From contig MGSS01000144.1 of the NCBI GenBank assembly GCA_001798595.1, positions 14,032 through 78,031 on the forward strand: a DNA stretch of 64,000 nucleotides. The letters are read 5' to 3'. Of this stretch, positions 45,840-55,975 are shown piece by piece. The position numbers were made by a program, and so were the translations under genes. The notes under the pieces were generated by a model. That model did no database searches and was not told the origin of the DNA. It saw only the letters and a program-made list of their open reading frames with translations. Within the stretch, counting starts at the first letter, position 1. Each line of letters opens with the position of its first letter. The stretch comes from Deltaproteobacteria bacterium RIFCSPLOWO2_12_FULL_60_19. GTDB taxonomy: Bacteria > Desulfobacterota > Binatia > UBA9968.

Positions 45840-46763
45840 TCAGGCGCGGATCTCTGCGCGCATGAACTTAATGTAGGAGATAGCGAAGCAAACCGCGGCC
45901 AAAGCGATGAGCGTCGTGAGCTGAGGCAAGACCAGGAGAAGGCTTTGACTCAGGGCCAGCGGGGTGAGAAGAATTCCCTGGGTCTGTTCCGGAAGGGCCG
46001 CGCCTAGACCGCGCGCCAGGGGGTTAAGCATTACCTGCACGGTTTCTCCATAGAGGGCGCTCGGAGATATCCGGCTGATCATGTTGGCAATATCCACCTG
46101 ACGGACCATGGCTTCAGGCGTCGAGGGATCGGCTATGATGAAGGCAGCCGCGATCTGGGCGATCAGCGGGGTAAAAATCGTCAGGAAGAGCCACAGCGCC
46201 AAAGATCCCAGCGCGGCGGTCACAGTACGCTGGAACAATAAGGAGAAGAGCAGGGCGAGCGCTAGCCAGAAACCGACGTAAAAGATACCGACGATGGTAA
46301 AAACCAACATCCGCCAAAGCTCTTCGGCGTTCGGCGGAAAGCCGACCAGCGTGACTCCAAGCCCCAATACCAAGAGAAGCACCGACGCCCAGAGGACCGC
46401 TACAGTGGCGAGTCCGGCGAGAAATTTTCCATTGATCAGGCTGTCGCGGTAAATCGGCTGGGAAAGGACCCGGCTGAGCGTCCCACGCGCGTATTCACCG
46501 CTGATCGCGTCAAAACCGAGCATGATGCCGACCAGGGGGCCGAGCAGGCCGAGAAACGTCGCGAGCGACAGGAGGCCGCCGCTCTGTGAGGTGAGCAGGA
46601 GGAGAAAGACGAATTCGGGCGGCGCGCTTTCGGCATCCTGACGGATGGATTGGCCCGACGCGTAGATCGCCCAGACGCCGGTGAGCACGATGATCGCCAG
46701 CAGGATCATGAAACGACGGCTGCTGAAGTGGTCCGCAAGCTCTTTCCAAAAAACAACGCTCAT
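45840..46763 (-). CDS. ABC-2 family transporter permease
   Basis: 307 aa, 6 TM. Confidence 0.7.
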   Translation of the reverse strand: MSVVFWKELADHFSSRRFMILLAIIVLTGVWAIYASGQSIRQDAESAPPEFVFLLLLTSQSGGLLSLATFLGLLGPLVGIMLGFDAISGEYARGTLSRVLSQPIYRDSLINGKFLAGLATVAVLWASVLLLVLGLGVTLVGFPPNAEELWRMLVFTIVGIFYVGFWLALALLFSLLFQRTVTAALGSLALWLFLTIFTPLIAQIAAAFIIADPSTPEAMVRQVDIANMISRISPSALYGETVQVMLNPLARGLGAALPEQTQGILLTPLALSQSLLLVLPQLTTLIALAAVCFAISYIKFMRAEIRA

Positions 46764-46766
46764 GGT

Positions 46767-47699
46767 TTATGCCTCACGAAAATACTTGAGATAGATGTCT
46801 TCGAGCGTGGCATCCTCGGAGCGAAGCTGGAGCAGCGAGAGCCCCTTTTTCGACACCAGCGAAAGCAGCTCCGGCCGGACATCGCGGTTGCAGCGCAGGA
46901 ACCACCCGTGCGTGCGCGGCGCTATTTCGGCCACGCCCTGCACCGCCCGCAGCTCGCTTTCCAGCCCGTTGGGTTGTCCGGCAACCTCCAGCAGGAAGTT
47001 CCACTGGCGCTCTTTGAAGATGGCGCTGCCGAGTTGGTTGACTTCCCCCTGGGCGATCAATTTTCCCTTGACGATGATGCCCACGCGATGGCACATCTGC
47101 TGCACCTGATGAAGCATGTGAGATGAGAGGAGGACGGTGAGGCCGCGCTCGCGGCTGAGTCCGGTAATCAATTCGAGAATACGCGCCGCCCCGTCCGGAT
47201 CGAGCCCCAGCGTCGGCTCATCGAGGATGAGCGCCTGCGGCTCCTTGACCAAAACCTCGGCGATGCCAAGCCGCTGTTTCATCCCGCGCGAGTACTCTCT
47301 CACCGCCCGGTCTCCGTCGTCGCCCAGGCCGATCTGCTCCAACAGCCGGGTAATTCTCGGGCGGGCCTCGGCGGCGGGAATACGATTGAGCCGCGCGATG
47401 TAAAATAGGTTTTCCCGGCCGCTTAAATCGTCGTAGAAGCCGGGGTTCTCCGGCAGGTAGCCGACGCGCTTCTTTACCTCCAGGGGCCGGTGCGTCGGAT
47501 CGAATCCGCACACCTTCGCTTGTCCGGAGGCTGGCTCGGTCAGGCCCAACAGCATCAGAATGGTCGTCGTCTTGCCCGCGCCGTTAGGTCCGAGAAAGCC
47601 GAAGATCTCTCCCTCTTCAACGCTCAAGTTGAGATCGTTGACGGCGACCAGGTCGCGATAGCGCTTGGTCAGGCTGAGGGTTTCGACGACAGCGCTCAT
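46767..47699 (-). CDS. ABC transporter ATP-binding protein
   Basis: The start is set at MSAVVETLSL. Walker A GPNGAGKTT and signature LSGGMKQRL are present. Confidence 0.85.
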   Translation of the reverse strand: MSAVVETLSLTKRYRDLVAVNDLNLSVEEGEIFGFLGPNGAGKTTTILMLLGLTEPASGQAKVCGFDPTHRPLEVKKRVGYLPENPGFYDDLSGRENLFYIARLNRIPAAEARPRITRLLEQIGLGDDGDRAVREYSRGMKQRLGIAEVLVKEPQALILDEPTLGLDPDGAARILELITGLSRERGLTVLLSSHMLHQVQQMCHRVGIIVKGKLIAQGEVNQLGSAIFKERQWNFLLEVAGQPNGLESELRAVQGVAEIAPRTHGWFLRCNRDVRPELLSLVSKKGLSLLQLRSEDATLEDIYLKYFREA

Positions 47700-48943
47700 C
47701 GGCGGCCCAGGCGCCAGAAGACAATGATCAGGCCCAAGACCACCGCCGCCACGATTCCGGCCCCGATCCAACCCCACAGCGTGGCGGTGGTAACCGTCAC
47801 TCTAAAATCGAGAGGCTTGCTGCCGCTGTCGGCGCTGTTGGATATGACCGTGATGAGATAGTCCCCCGCGATGGCGCGTGCCGGCGCCGTGATCTCCATA
47901 GAGATTTCGCGCAGCTCCCCAGGATTGAGGCTGTCGACCTTGTCCGGCTTGAAGTCGATCGTCCATTTATCCGGCTTCTTGGTGGAGAAGGCGAGGTTCC
48001 GGATCGGCGCGGTGCCGGCGTTTTGGAGGTGAAACGGAATGGGGCTTTTCTGCCCGGCGGCGACGGAGGCGCTGAGGGTCCCGGCCAGCGTTCCCATTCG
48101 GAGATCGGTGACTCCCCTGAGAGTGACCTTGAGGCTCGTCGAGGCCTCGTACGCTCCGGCCCTGGCTCTCACGGTCACCGGATGCTCGCCCGCGTCGGCG
48201 CGCGACGGAGAGTCGATCTCAACGCTCAAGGTTTCGGTGGCGCTCTCCTTGAGCTGGAGGGAAGAGATCTGCGTGTCGCCGTATTGCGGCTTGAAACGTA
48301 TCGCCCATCCCGTGGGTGCCTGGCTGGTGAGCGAAGCGGTGAGCGGCTTGTTGGTCTCGTTCTTGAGATCGACGGTGAACTTGAGCGTCTGTCCCGACGG
48401 AGTCGTCAGTACGGGATATTGACTTGTGAGCTTCAAGCCGCCGGTTTCGACTTTTTTGGTGGTGATGCGGAAGAGGATCTTGTCGCTGTAAGCTGTTTTG
48501 CCGCTATCGTCTTTCGTGGAGACCTTCACCTCATAGTCGCCCGCCTTGGTCTTGTCCGAGATTTTCGCCTTGAACTCGACCGTGGTCGATTTCTCGCCCT
48601 GCACCATGACGGAGCGGATCGGGTAGCTCGGGTAGCGCGAATTAAACCCCACCTCCCATCCTTCGGGAACGCCTTCAATGGTCAAGCTGACCTGGACCGG
48701 GTTTTTGGTCCGATTGACGACCTCGGTGTCCATGGTGACTTCCTGCCCCTGGCCGACGGTCACGTCCTTAAAGGGCAGAATCAGGTTGAACGATTCCTTG
48801 GGTTCGACGACGACATCCTGTTTTTTTTCGGCTTCTTTCTCGGCGGCGGAGATCGGCGTGGTATAGGCGGTCGCCAACGCGAGTAGAAAGACGACGGAAT
48901 AGAACGTGGGTCTGCAGACGCGCTTGAGCTTTTCCAACCTCAT
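47696..48943 (-). CDS. Signal-peptide protein with repeated beta-sandwich (NEW3/DUF11-like) domains and a C-terminal TM anchor
   Basis: 415 aa with an internally repeated ~100-aa module and a terminal hydrophobic helix (LWGWIGAGIVAAVVLGLIIVFW). It is operon-linked to the ABC-2 pair. Confidence 0.45.
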   Translation of the reverse strand: MRLEKLKRVCRPTFYSVVFLLALATAYTTPISAAEKEAEKKQDVVVEPKESFNLILPFKDVTVGQGQEVTMDTEVVNRTKNPVQVSLTIEGVPEGWEVGFNSRYPSYPIRSVMVQGEKSTTVEFKAKISDKTKAGDYEVKVSTKDDSGKTAYSDKILFRITTKKVETGGLKLTSQYPVLTTPSGQTLKFTVDLKNETNKPLTASLTSQAPTGWAIRFKPQYGDTQISSLQLKESATETLSVEIDSPSRADAGEHPVTVRARAGAYEASTSLKVTLRGVTDLRMGTLAGTLSASVAAGQKSPIPFHLQNAGTAPIRNLAFSTKKPDKWTIDFKPDKVDSLNPGELREISMEITAPARAIAGDYLITVISNSADSGSKPLDFRVTVTTATLWGWIGAGIVAAVVLGLIIVFWRLGRR

Positions 48944-49017
48944 ATAGATCCGGTCCCCTCTCTGCGGAAGTTTGTGGGTGTCTAGTTAATCATAATCGCG
49001 TGGCGCGTCAAGTCCCC

Positions 49018-49470
49018 TCATGCCTTTCCCAACTGTCTCAGGGCCTCATAAAGGACGATCGAGACGGCGTTGGACAGGTTCAGGCTGCGCACCGCCTCGG
49101 TCATCATCGGGATGCGAAAAGCGCGGGCGGAATGGGCATCGAGCAACTCTTGCGGGAGCCCCTTGGTTTCCGGGCCGAAGACGAGAAAATCCTCTTCCTG
49201 GTAACGCGCCTGCGTGTAGGACTGAACGGCCTTTTTTGAAAAGAAGAGCAACGTGGCCGATCCATGTTGCCGCAAAAAACCCTGCCACGAATCATGCAGC
49301 CGCACGTCAACGTAAGGCCAATAGTCGAGGCCGGCGCGTTTCAGATGCTTGTTGTCGATCTTAAACCCGAGCGGCGCGATCAAATGAAGCGGCGTCTGTG
49401 TCGCCGCGCAGAGCCGGGCGATACTCCCCGTATTCGGAGGAATTTCGGGCTGGAAGAGAACGACGTGCAT
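49018..49470 (-). CDS. trmL: tRNA (cytidine/uridine-2'-O-)-methyltransferase TrmL (SpoU family)
   Basis: The start is set at MHVVLFQPEIPPNTGSIARLCAAT. SPOUT knot motifs are present. Confidence 0.8.
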   Translation of the reverse strand: MHVVLFQPEIPPNTGSIARLCAATQTPLHLIAPLGFKIDNKHLKRAGLDYWPYVDVRLHDSWQGFLRQHGSATLLFFSKKAVQSYTQARYQEEDFLVFGPETKGLPQELLDAHSARAFRIPMMTEAVRSLNLSNAVSIVLYEALRQLGKA

Positions 49471-49684
49471 GGTTAGCCTGAACGATTCGCGCTCTCGGAG
49501 ACGAGCCCTTCCGGTCGAGGGCAATAGACCTCTACTTTTCTTTGATCCGTTGAACGAGCAGGCGCATGGCATCAAGTAAAAAGATTTCTCCTCGAAATAC
49601 AAGGGAAGCGGTAAACTCTTTACGCCTGTCCGGTGAACGTGCTAGGGTCCGGTTTCATTAAGACAAAACGCGAGGATAAACCCC

Positions 49685-50422
49685 ATGCAAATCATCGAGC
49701 GTTTACTGAGCAGCCAAAGCGACGGCATGGCGGGCTATCTGGTCTATCCGGAGCGCAGCGCTGCGGGACCGGGCCTGTTGCTGATTCATCCGAAGTCGGG
49801 GATCACCGACTATATCAAGATCGAGGCGCGCAAGTTCGCCAACCTGGGCTACAGCACCTTCGCGGTCAATGTCTTCGAGCTGCTCGGCTATCCGGCCGCG
49901 ACGCACATCGAAACCGGCTCGCAAATCCAGGCCAAGACTTCGGATGCGGAATTTACCCGCGTCCTTACCGATGGCTGGCGCTACCTGCTTTCCCAGCCTC
50001 ATGTGGACAGGAAGAAAGTTGCGGTGTGCGGCTATTGCATGGGTGGCCGCATCGCGATTCATTTCGTCGCCGCCACGCCGGAGGTGCGCGCCTTCGTCGG
50101 CTACTATCCGACGGTGCGCGACGAGCCGGTGACGGCGATGAGGCCGGTTGCGCCCTGGGAGGCGACGAAACTGATCCGCTGCCCGTCTATTGTGCTCTAC
50201 GGCGCCGACGATACGGTTACAAAAATCCCGGTTCAGGAAAAGATGTGGCGCGGGTTTCTGGCCAACGGGCAATCCCTGGAGTGGCACTTCTATCCGTTCG
50301 GCGGTCACGGCTTTGTGGATCCCGGCGCCGTCGGTTATCACGCGCACGCGGCGGAGCTGGCCTGGCCGATGGTGGTGGACTTTCTGGAGCGCGAGCTTAA
50401 GTGGAGTTCGCCGCCGGCTTAA
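49685..50422 (+). CDS. Dienelactone hydrolase family protein
   Basis: Nucleophile motif GYCMGG and DLH-family architecture. Confidence 0.8.
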   Translation: MQIIERLLSSQSDGMAGYLVYPERSAAGPGLLLIHPKSGITDYIKIEARKFANLGYSTFAVNVFELLGYPAATHIETGSQIQAKTSDAEFTRVLTDGWRYLLSQPHVDRKKVAVCGYCMGGRIAIHFVAATPEVRAFVGYYPTVRDEPVTAMRPVAPWEATKLIRCPSIVLYGADDTVTKIPVQEKMWRGFLANGQSLEWHFYPFGGHGFVDPGAVGYHAHAAELAWPMVVDFLERELKWSSPPA

Positions 50423-50485
50423 TTTTCCTTCGGCTTTCTGCTAACGTGAAAATTCCCTGTCGAAACATCATCGCAGGCGGAAACT

Positions 50486-51277
50486 ATGTATCCAGTTTTA
50501 TTCAGCATCGGCCCTTTGACGATCTACAGCTTCGGCACGCTCATGGCGCTGGCCGCGCTGTGCGCGGGTTGGATCGTCTGGCTTGAGTTGAAGCGCTACG
50601 GCTACGATCCGGAAATTTCTTCCACCATGGTTTTTGCCGCCGCCGTCGGCGGCCTGCTCGGCGCGAGGATTCTCTTCATTCTTGAGGAGTGGAGCAGTTT
50701 CATCCGCTCGCCGTTGGACTTTATTTTCAGCGGGGCGGGATTTACCTGGTACGGCGGGATGGCCGGGGCGGCGCTGGCGGTGACCTGGGTAGTGCGCCGT
50801 TACGGCATTCCGTGGCTCAAGGCCGCCGACATCTCGTCGCCCGCGGTCACGCTGGCTTACGGCATCGGCCGTATCGGCTGCCACATCGCCGGAGACGGCG
50901 ATTGGGGGACCGTCACCGATGTGCCCTGGGCGGTCGCCTACACCAACGCGATCATCGGTTGGGTGCATCCCTACACGGGGCTGCCGTACCCGCCAGGCGT
51001 GCGCGTCCATCCGACGCCGATTTATGAATTCCTCGAATCGCTGGCGATCTTCGGGATTCTGTGGCCGCTGCGCAAGAAGGGCTACGCCGACGGGAAGATT
51101 TTCTGGATCTACCTGATCCTCTCCGGCCTGGCTCGCTTCACCGTGGAATTCTGGCGCGTCAATCCTCCCCTCGCATCCGGGCTGAGCGAGGCGCAGTGGT
51201 TCAGTTTAGCCCTCATCGGGATCGGTTCGTATCTGCTTTACACGCGCGCGCAAAAAGGGACGGCCAGAGAGACGTAA
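50486..51277 (+). CDS. lgt: Prolipoprotein diacylglyceryl transferase
   Basis: Lgt signature G..R(I/L)GCH..GDG (YGIGRIGCHIAGDGDWG), 263 aa. Confidence 0.9.
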   Translation: MYPVLFSIGPLTIYSFGTLMALAALCAGWIVWLELKRYGYDPEISSTMVFAAAVGGLLGARILFILEEWSSFIRSPLDFIFSGAGFTWYGGMAGAALAVTWVVRRYGIPWLKAADISSPAVTLAYGIGRIGCHIAGDGDWGTVTDVPWAVAYTNAIIGWVHPYTGLPYPPGVRVHPTPIYEFLESLAIFGILWPLRKKGYADGKIFWIYLILSGLARFTVEFWRVNPPLASGLSEAQWFSLALIGIGSYLLYTRAQKGTARET

Positions 51278-51533
51278 GCGTTACTCGTGTTGACACTGAC
51301 CCCGGCTGTCCAACCCGACAACAGTTAAATAGAGATTGTACCTTACTGTGAACTTGAGATATGCCCCTTGAGAACTGAAAGGCATGGCGAGTGCTTCCCG
51401 GCCGGCTGGCCGGCAGGACCGGACCAACCGTTGAAGTATGCGTCAGTCTGCCTACGGGGCTGCGCGGGCAGGGAACCTTTTGGCTCAGAAGAAGTTTCGT
51501 TGTTAGTACGACTATCCGATACATGGAGAAAAT

Positions 51534-52040
51534 ATGACCCGAACAAAATCGTTAGTTGTCTTTTCCACTTTGGTCTTGGGCCTTTTGGGGGTTCATTTTG
51601 CCGACAAGATCGTCGCGGCGCAGGCTGAAAAAGACAAGGCCCCGGCCTTTACGCTTAAACTCTTGAACGGAGGAGATCTAAAATCCTCGGAGCTGGAAGG
51701 TAAAGTCACGGTTTTGAAGTTTGTCGCTTCCTGGTGACCGGAGTGCCGGCAGGAGGCTCCTGCCGTTGAAAGAGTGTACAAGAAATTCAAGGACAGAGGG
51801 GTTCAGTTCGTGGGGATCTTCGTTAAAGACAAAGATTCCGAGGTTCGGAAATTCGTAAAAACCCACGGCCTAACCTTCCCTGTGGGTCTCGACGATGAAA
51901 TGAAAATCGCTAACGCTTATAAATTTGTCGGCACGCCCTTTACGGTCATAGTCTCGAAAGCAGGGGAAGTCACTGACCGGAGAACCGGGCCTCAGAGCGA
52001 GAAGGCTCTGCGCGATAAAATAGAGAAGCTCCTAAAATAG
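51534..52040 (+). CDS. TlpA/ResA-like periplasmic thiol:disulfide oxidoreductase, candidate selenoprotein (UxxC) with in-frame TGA at 51735-51737
   Basis: The two listed ORFs (51534-51737 and 51774-52040) are in the same frame and are separated only by TGA. Read-through gives ...VTVLKFVASW-U-PECRQEAPAVERVYKKFKDRGVQFVGI..., a textbook TlpA thioredoxin fold in which the TGA occupies the first Cys of WCxxC. A signal peptide and the RBS GGAGA are present. Confidence 0.65.
51747..51765 (+). promoter_or_regulatory. Candidate bacterial SECIS hairpin 9 nt downstream of the in-frame UGA
   Basis: CGGCAGGA-ggc-TCCTGCCG, an 8-bp stem beginning 9 nt after the UGA. Confidence 0.4.
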
Positions 52041-52256
52041 GTTTCGTATGACCAGCGGTCAGACTTAGTCGCTCGGCCCTCGGTGCTTTACCGCGCCGTG
52101 CATCGCCGTTTCTCCGCTGATCACTCTCGCCCTGGCACACGGATCATCAAACGTACGCCACGAACCTTTACACTCCCTCCCTCTTGTAGATGAGACAAAC
52201 CGGACTACTTCCAAGCTATAACGGCCCATCGTTTCTGAAATGTTAGGAGGCGAAAA

Positions 52257-52592
52257 ATGACCGCAGTGAGGATCACTCATTCACTATTGCTGTTTCTCAT
52301 AGCTGGTTTGTGTGAGATCGGAGGAGGATGGCTCGTGTGGCAATGGCTGCGAGAGGGACGGGGCAGCCTTTGGGGGCTCGCAGGCGGGCTGTTGTTGATT
52401 TTTTACGGGATCATTCCGACTTTTCAGCCGGTGCATTTCGGCCGCGTTTATGCGGCTTACGGCGGTTTTTTTATCTTCCTATCGTTATGTTGGGGTTGGA
52501 TGTTCGATGGAAACGTTCCGGACCGTCCTGAAATCGTTGGAGGTACGTTGAGCTTGGCCGGAGTCTTTATCATTATGTATTGGCCGAGATAA
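52257..52592 (+). CDS. ynfA: YnfA/UPF0060 family small membrane protein
   Basis: 111 aa, 4 TM, with the family-typical GGGWLVWQW motif. Confidence 0.8.
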   Translation: MTAVRITHSLLLFLIAGLCEIGGGWLVWQWLREGRGSLWGLAGGLLLIFYGIIPTFQPVHFGRVYAAYGGFFIFLSLCWGWMFDGNVPDRPEIVGGTLSLAGVFIIMYWPR

Positions 52593-53206
52593 TGACACCA
52601 TACAAAAAAGCTCTCCTTTCAGAATATTTCACCGTCGGTTGGAATATTATCGAGGGGATCGTCGCCATCGCCGCTGGCGTCATTGCCGGATCGATAGCGC
52701 TGGTGGGATTTGGCCTGGACAGCTCTATTGAAGTAGCCTCCGGCTTAGTCTTGATCTGGCGGCTTCGCAAGCACGGATTCAGCGACGAAGAGGAAGAAGA
52801 GGCCGCCGAGAAAAGAGCCATATTATTTGTTGGCGTTACCTTTTTTCTTTTGTCGGCTTACGTGGTTTACGAGTCCGGAAAGAAACTCATCTACCACGAG
52901 CACCCCGAGGAAAGTCTCGTCGGAATTATTTTAGCGGTTGTCTCTCTGGTCGTGATGCCTATCTTGGCTTGGTATAAAAAGAAGCTAGCCTTGGAAATTC
53001 ATAGCCGCGCTTTGAGAGCCGATGCGCTAGAGACCCTGGCCTGTTCCTATCTTTCGCTGACTCTACTGCTAGGTCTTGGCGCTAATGCGCTCTTCGGTTG
53101 GTGGTGGGCCGATCCGGTGTCCGCCCTAGCTATGGTCTATTTTCTTATCAAGGAGGGAACGGAGGCGATCCGCGAAGGATGGAAAGGCCTAACGCAAAAA
53201 GCCTGA
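52580..53206 (+). CDS. Cation-diffusion-facilitator (CDF) family transporter, membrane domain only
   Basis: 208 aa, 6 TM, with TM2/TM5 metal-site residues (H/D pattern). It lacks the usual C-terminal cytoplasmic domain. Confidence 0.65.
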   Translation: MAEIMTPYKKALLSEYFTVGWNIIEGIVAIAAGVIAGSIALVGFGLDSSIEVASGLVLIWRLRKHGFSDEEEEEAAEKRAILFVGVTFFLLSAYVVYESGKKLIYHEHPEESLVGIILAVVSLVVMPILAWYKKKLALEIHSRALRADALETLACSYLSLTLLLGLGANALFGWWWADPVSALAMVYFLIKEGTEAIREGWKGLTQKA

Positions 53207-53289
53207 TCCTATGCCGTGAGGAAGAGGTTGCGGCGCTGTCGCCTCGCTTCGCCCGAAGGGGAAACGGACGAGGGCCACGAAGCGATATC

Positions 53290-54396
53290 TCACCAGGCCT
53301 TCGCCATGACCTCAAGAAGTTTGGCGCGAGTCTCTGGGTTGTCCATGCCGGCGCGTCGAAGCGCGTCACGGCAGATGTGGCTGCAGAACGCCTCGACCGC
53401 TTGTGCCACGATCATCCCTCTGCCGTTGAGCGTGCGATGGCCGGTCAACCGTCCGTGACGCAGGAAGACGGTTTCCTCCGGATGATAGATGAGATCGTAG
53501 AAGCCCGCTTTGAGCGGGATGGAGAGCGCGAGCTTCCAGGAAGCTCGATTATTGGCTTCGATATCCGCGAGCGAGGCGCTCATGCAGGCGCGGTAAAATT
53601 CCGGCCCGCCGTCTTCCGTGAGGCCGGCGGGATTCGCCGGCCCCAGCGCGGAGTAGGGCTCTAGTGTGGTTATCCCCGCCCCGTTCTTGCGGATTCCGCC
53701 CTGGCCTTTGGTCGTGCAATTGACGATCAGCTCGACGCCGGGCGCGCGCTCGAGAATTTTCTTTTCGTCAATCGCCTCAACGTTCGCGTGGCTTTTGCCG
53801 ATCTCGGCGGCGAGCGACGCGGCGCTCTCATGAGTCCGGTTTGAGATAAGCAGGCGGCCTTGCTCCAGCCGCTCGGCGAGAGCGAAGGCGACTGCCCGCG
53901 CCGAACCGCCGGCGCCGAGAATTAGCGCGTTGATGCCGCTCAACGACTCGATCAGAGGCGCAGCGCCGCCGGGTTGACCGGCCAGCAGACTCTGGACGAA
54001 GCCCTCGCCGTCGGTATTTGCGCCGAGTAGCCGCCCGTCCTCCATGCGCGTGATCGTATTGACCGCGCCGACCTTCGCCGCTTTTTCGTCAATTGCGTCG
54101 AGATGCTTCATCACCGCGACTTTGTGCGGCACGGTGACCTGGAGGCCCAAGAGCCGGCCGGACTCCCTCACCGCCGCGATCAGATCCTGCAGCCGATCGT
54201 CGTCCACGTCGAGAGCGACATAGACGGTCTTCATCTTTAACGCCCGGAATGCCGCGTTCCACAGGGCGGGGCTTTTGCTATAGCGCGAAGGGGAATCGCC
54301 GATCACGGCGACGAGTTGCTTCGCGCCTATGGCCCTGCGGTCGAGCGGGTTGCGGATCCCGCTCTGAATACGGGCGATGTCGTCTTTAACAGCCAC
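53290..54396 (-). CDS. Shikimate/quinate 5-dehydrogenase family protein (AroE-like, extended)
   Basis: SKSP, NTDG and GAGGSARA Rossmann motifs. Confidence 0.7.
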   Translation of the reverse strand: MAVKDDIARIQSGIRNPLDRRAIGAKQLVAVIGDSPSRYSKSPALWNAAFRALKMKTVYVALDVDDDRLQDLIAAVRESGRLLGLQVTVPHKVAVMKHLDAIDEKAAKVGAVNTITRMEDGRLLGANTDGEGFVQSLLAGQPGGAAPLIESLSGINALILGAGGSARAVAFALAERLEQGRLLISNRTHESAASLAAEIGKSHANVEAIDEKKILERAPGVELIVNCTTKGQGGIRKNGAGITTLEPYSALGPANPAGLTEDGGPEFYRACMSASLADIEANNRASWKLALSIPLKAGFYDLIYHPEETVFLRHGRLTGHRTLNGRGMIVAQAVEAFCSHICRDALRRAGMDNPETRAKLLEVMAKAW

Positions 54397-54523
54397 GCGG
54401 CGATCCTTTCAACCGATGTTTATAGGGCAATATCGCTAACGGATCAATCGACCAAAGGGGAGAGCTACCGCTTCTCCCCTTTGGAAACCCCATCGGTTTT
54501 GTGCCCGCCTCAAGAGGCGGGGT

Positions 54524-55963
54524 TTACGTTGAATGAAGGGGTTTGATGGAGAGTTTGTCCTCGGTGAAGCAAAGCAGAGATTTTTTGCCGTTGATCTCGG
54601 TCTCAAGCGCCACCTCCCGCCCCCACAACTGATGGAGATACTGGAGCGTTTTGTCCGCATATTCCAGCTGCAAGTCCCTGCCGTCGTGGGCATGCTTTAG
54701 GAACAGCGCGCGATTGTTGTTATAGTCCGCGTTATCGATCTGAATCGTCGGGACCGTTCCCATGCCGACGTTGCGTATCAGGGTTTCTTTGATCGCCTGC
54801 CAGTTCTCGTCGTCCGCCACGCGGCTTACGACGCGGTCGCCGCCGCGGCTCTGGTGCTCGAACAGGTTGAGCTCCCGAACCAGCTCCTCGGTGAGATAAC
54901 GGCGCAGGAAAGAGACGTCCCGCTCGACTTCCCGCGCCTCGAAGAGCTTGGCCCGGCCCGATTTTGTTTTCGGGCCGGACTGTTTTTCTTCCTCCGGCGT
55001 CGGATGATCCCAGCGCCGCTCGATGGCCTCCCAGACCTTCATGCCCAGATGGTATGGATTCAGCGAGTTGGCGGCCGGGCTTAAGACCTGGTTGTGGCGG
55101 ACCATGAATTCCAGGTGCATGCCTTGAGGGAGTTTCAAGGCCTCGACGATGCGCTTATGCCAGTAGCTCGCCCAGCCCTCATTCATGATTTTCGTCTCGA
55201 TCTGCGGGATGAAGTATTGCGCCTCTTCGTGGACGATCGTGAGAAGGTCTTTTTCCCAATCGCTCAACTGCGGGTTGTGGTCGCGGATAAAGAGCAAAAT
55301 GTCCGCTTCCGGATAGAGCGGCACGCGGTTCAAATCGGGCGGCGCGTAGTCCGGGCGGCGGTGGATCGTCTGGAAAGGGTCCGCCGCCGGCCTGGAGTCC
55401 GCCAGCCGTTGATCGATCTGTTCGTCGGGCGTCTGTTTGCGGACCGCCAGGTTGCGCCGGCATTGGAGCGAAAGGGCATGCGCTGCGTCGAGCAGCCGCT
55501 CCACTTTTTCCCGCCCGATGCTGGGGTCTTCGACGTATTTCCGCACCCGATCCGCGTGGGCCTTGAAAGTTTCTATGGTAAATTCCGCGCGGCCGGACCT
55601 GAAGGTGAAATTATTTTTGAAAAAGTCGTTGTGCCCATACACGTGGGCGATGGTCAGCACCTGGAGGAGGAGCGTGTTGTCCCGCATCAAATAGGCGATG
55701 GACGGATCGGAGTTGATCACCATCTCGTAGGGCAAGCCGCTCATGCCGTAATCGTAGAGCGTTTTGAGCTTCTCGTAGCTCTTGCCGTAAGACCAGTGCG
55801 GGTAGTGGGACGGCATGCCGGAATAGACCATGTAGCCGAGCATCTGCTCGTGGTCGCAGATCTCGAATTCCTGGGGGTAGGGGTCGAGGCCGAACTGGCG
55901 CGCCAGGATGAGAATACGCTCGTTCCAGGCTTCCAACTCGGCCACGGTGTATGCGGCAGCCAT
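54524..55963 (-). CDS. SpoVR/YcgB family protein
   Basis: 479 aa SpoVR-like. It is the third gene of the prkA operon. Confidence 0.85.
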   Translation of the reverse strand: MAAAYTVAELEAWNERILILARQFGLDPYPQEFEICDHEQMLGYMVYSGMPSHYPHWSYGKSYEKLKTLYDYGMSGLPYEMVINSDPSIAYLMRDNTLLLQVLTIAHVYGHNDFFKNNFTFRSGRAEFTIETFKAHADRVRKYVEDPSIGREKVERLLDAAHALSLQCRRNLAVRKQTPDEQIDQRLADSRPAADPFQTIHRRPDYAPPDLNRVPLYPEADILLFIRDHNPQLSDWEKDLLTIVHEEAQYFIPQIETKIMNEGWASYWHKRIVEALKLPQGMHLEFMVRHNQVLSPAANSLNPYHLGMKVWEAIERRWDHPTPEEEKQSGPKTKSGRAKLFEAREVERDVSFLRRYLTEELVRELNLFEHQSRGGDRVVSRVADDENWQAIKETLIRNVGMGTVPTIQIDNADYNNNRALFLKHAHDGRDLQLEYADKTLQYLHQLWGREVALETEINGKKSLLCFTEDKLSIKPLHST

Positions 55964-55975
55964 GGCGCGCGCGGC

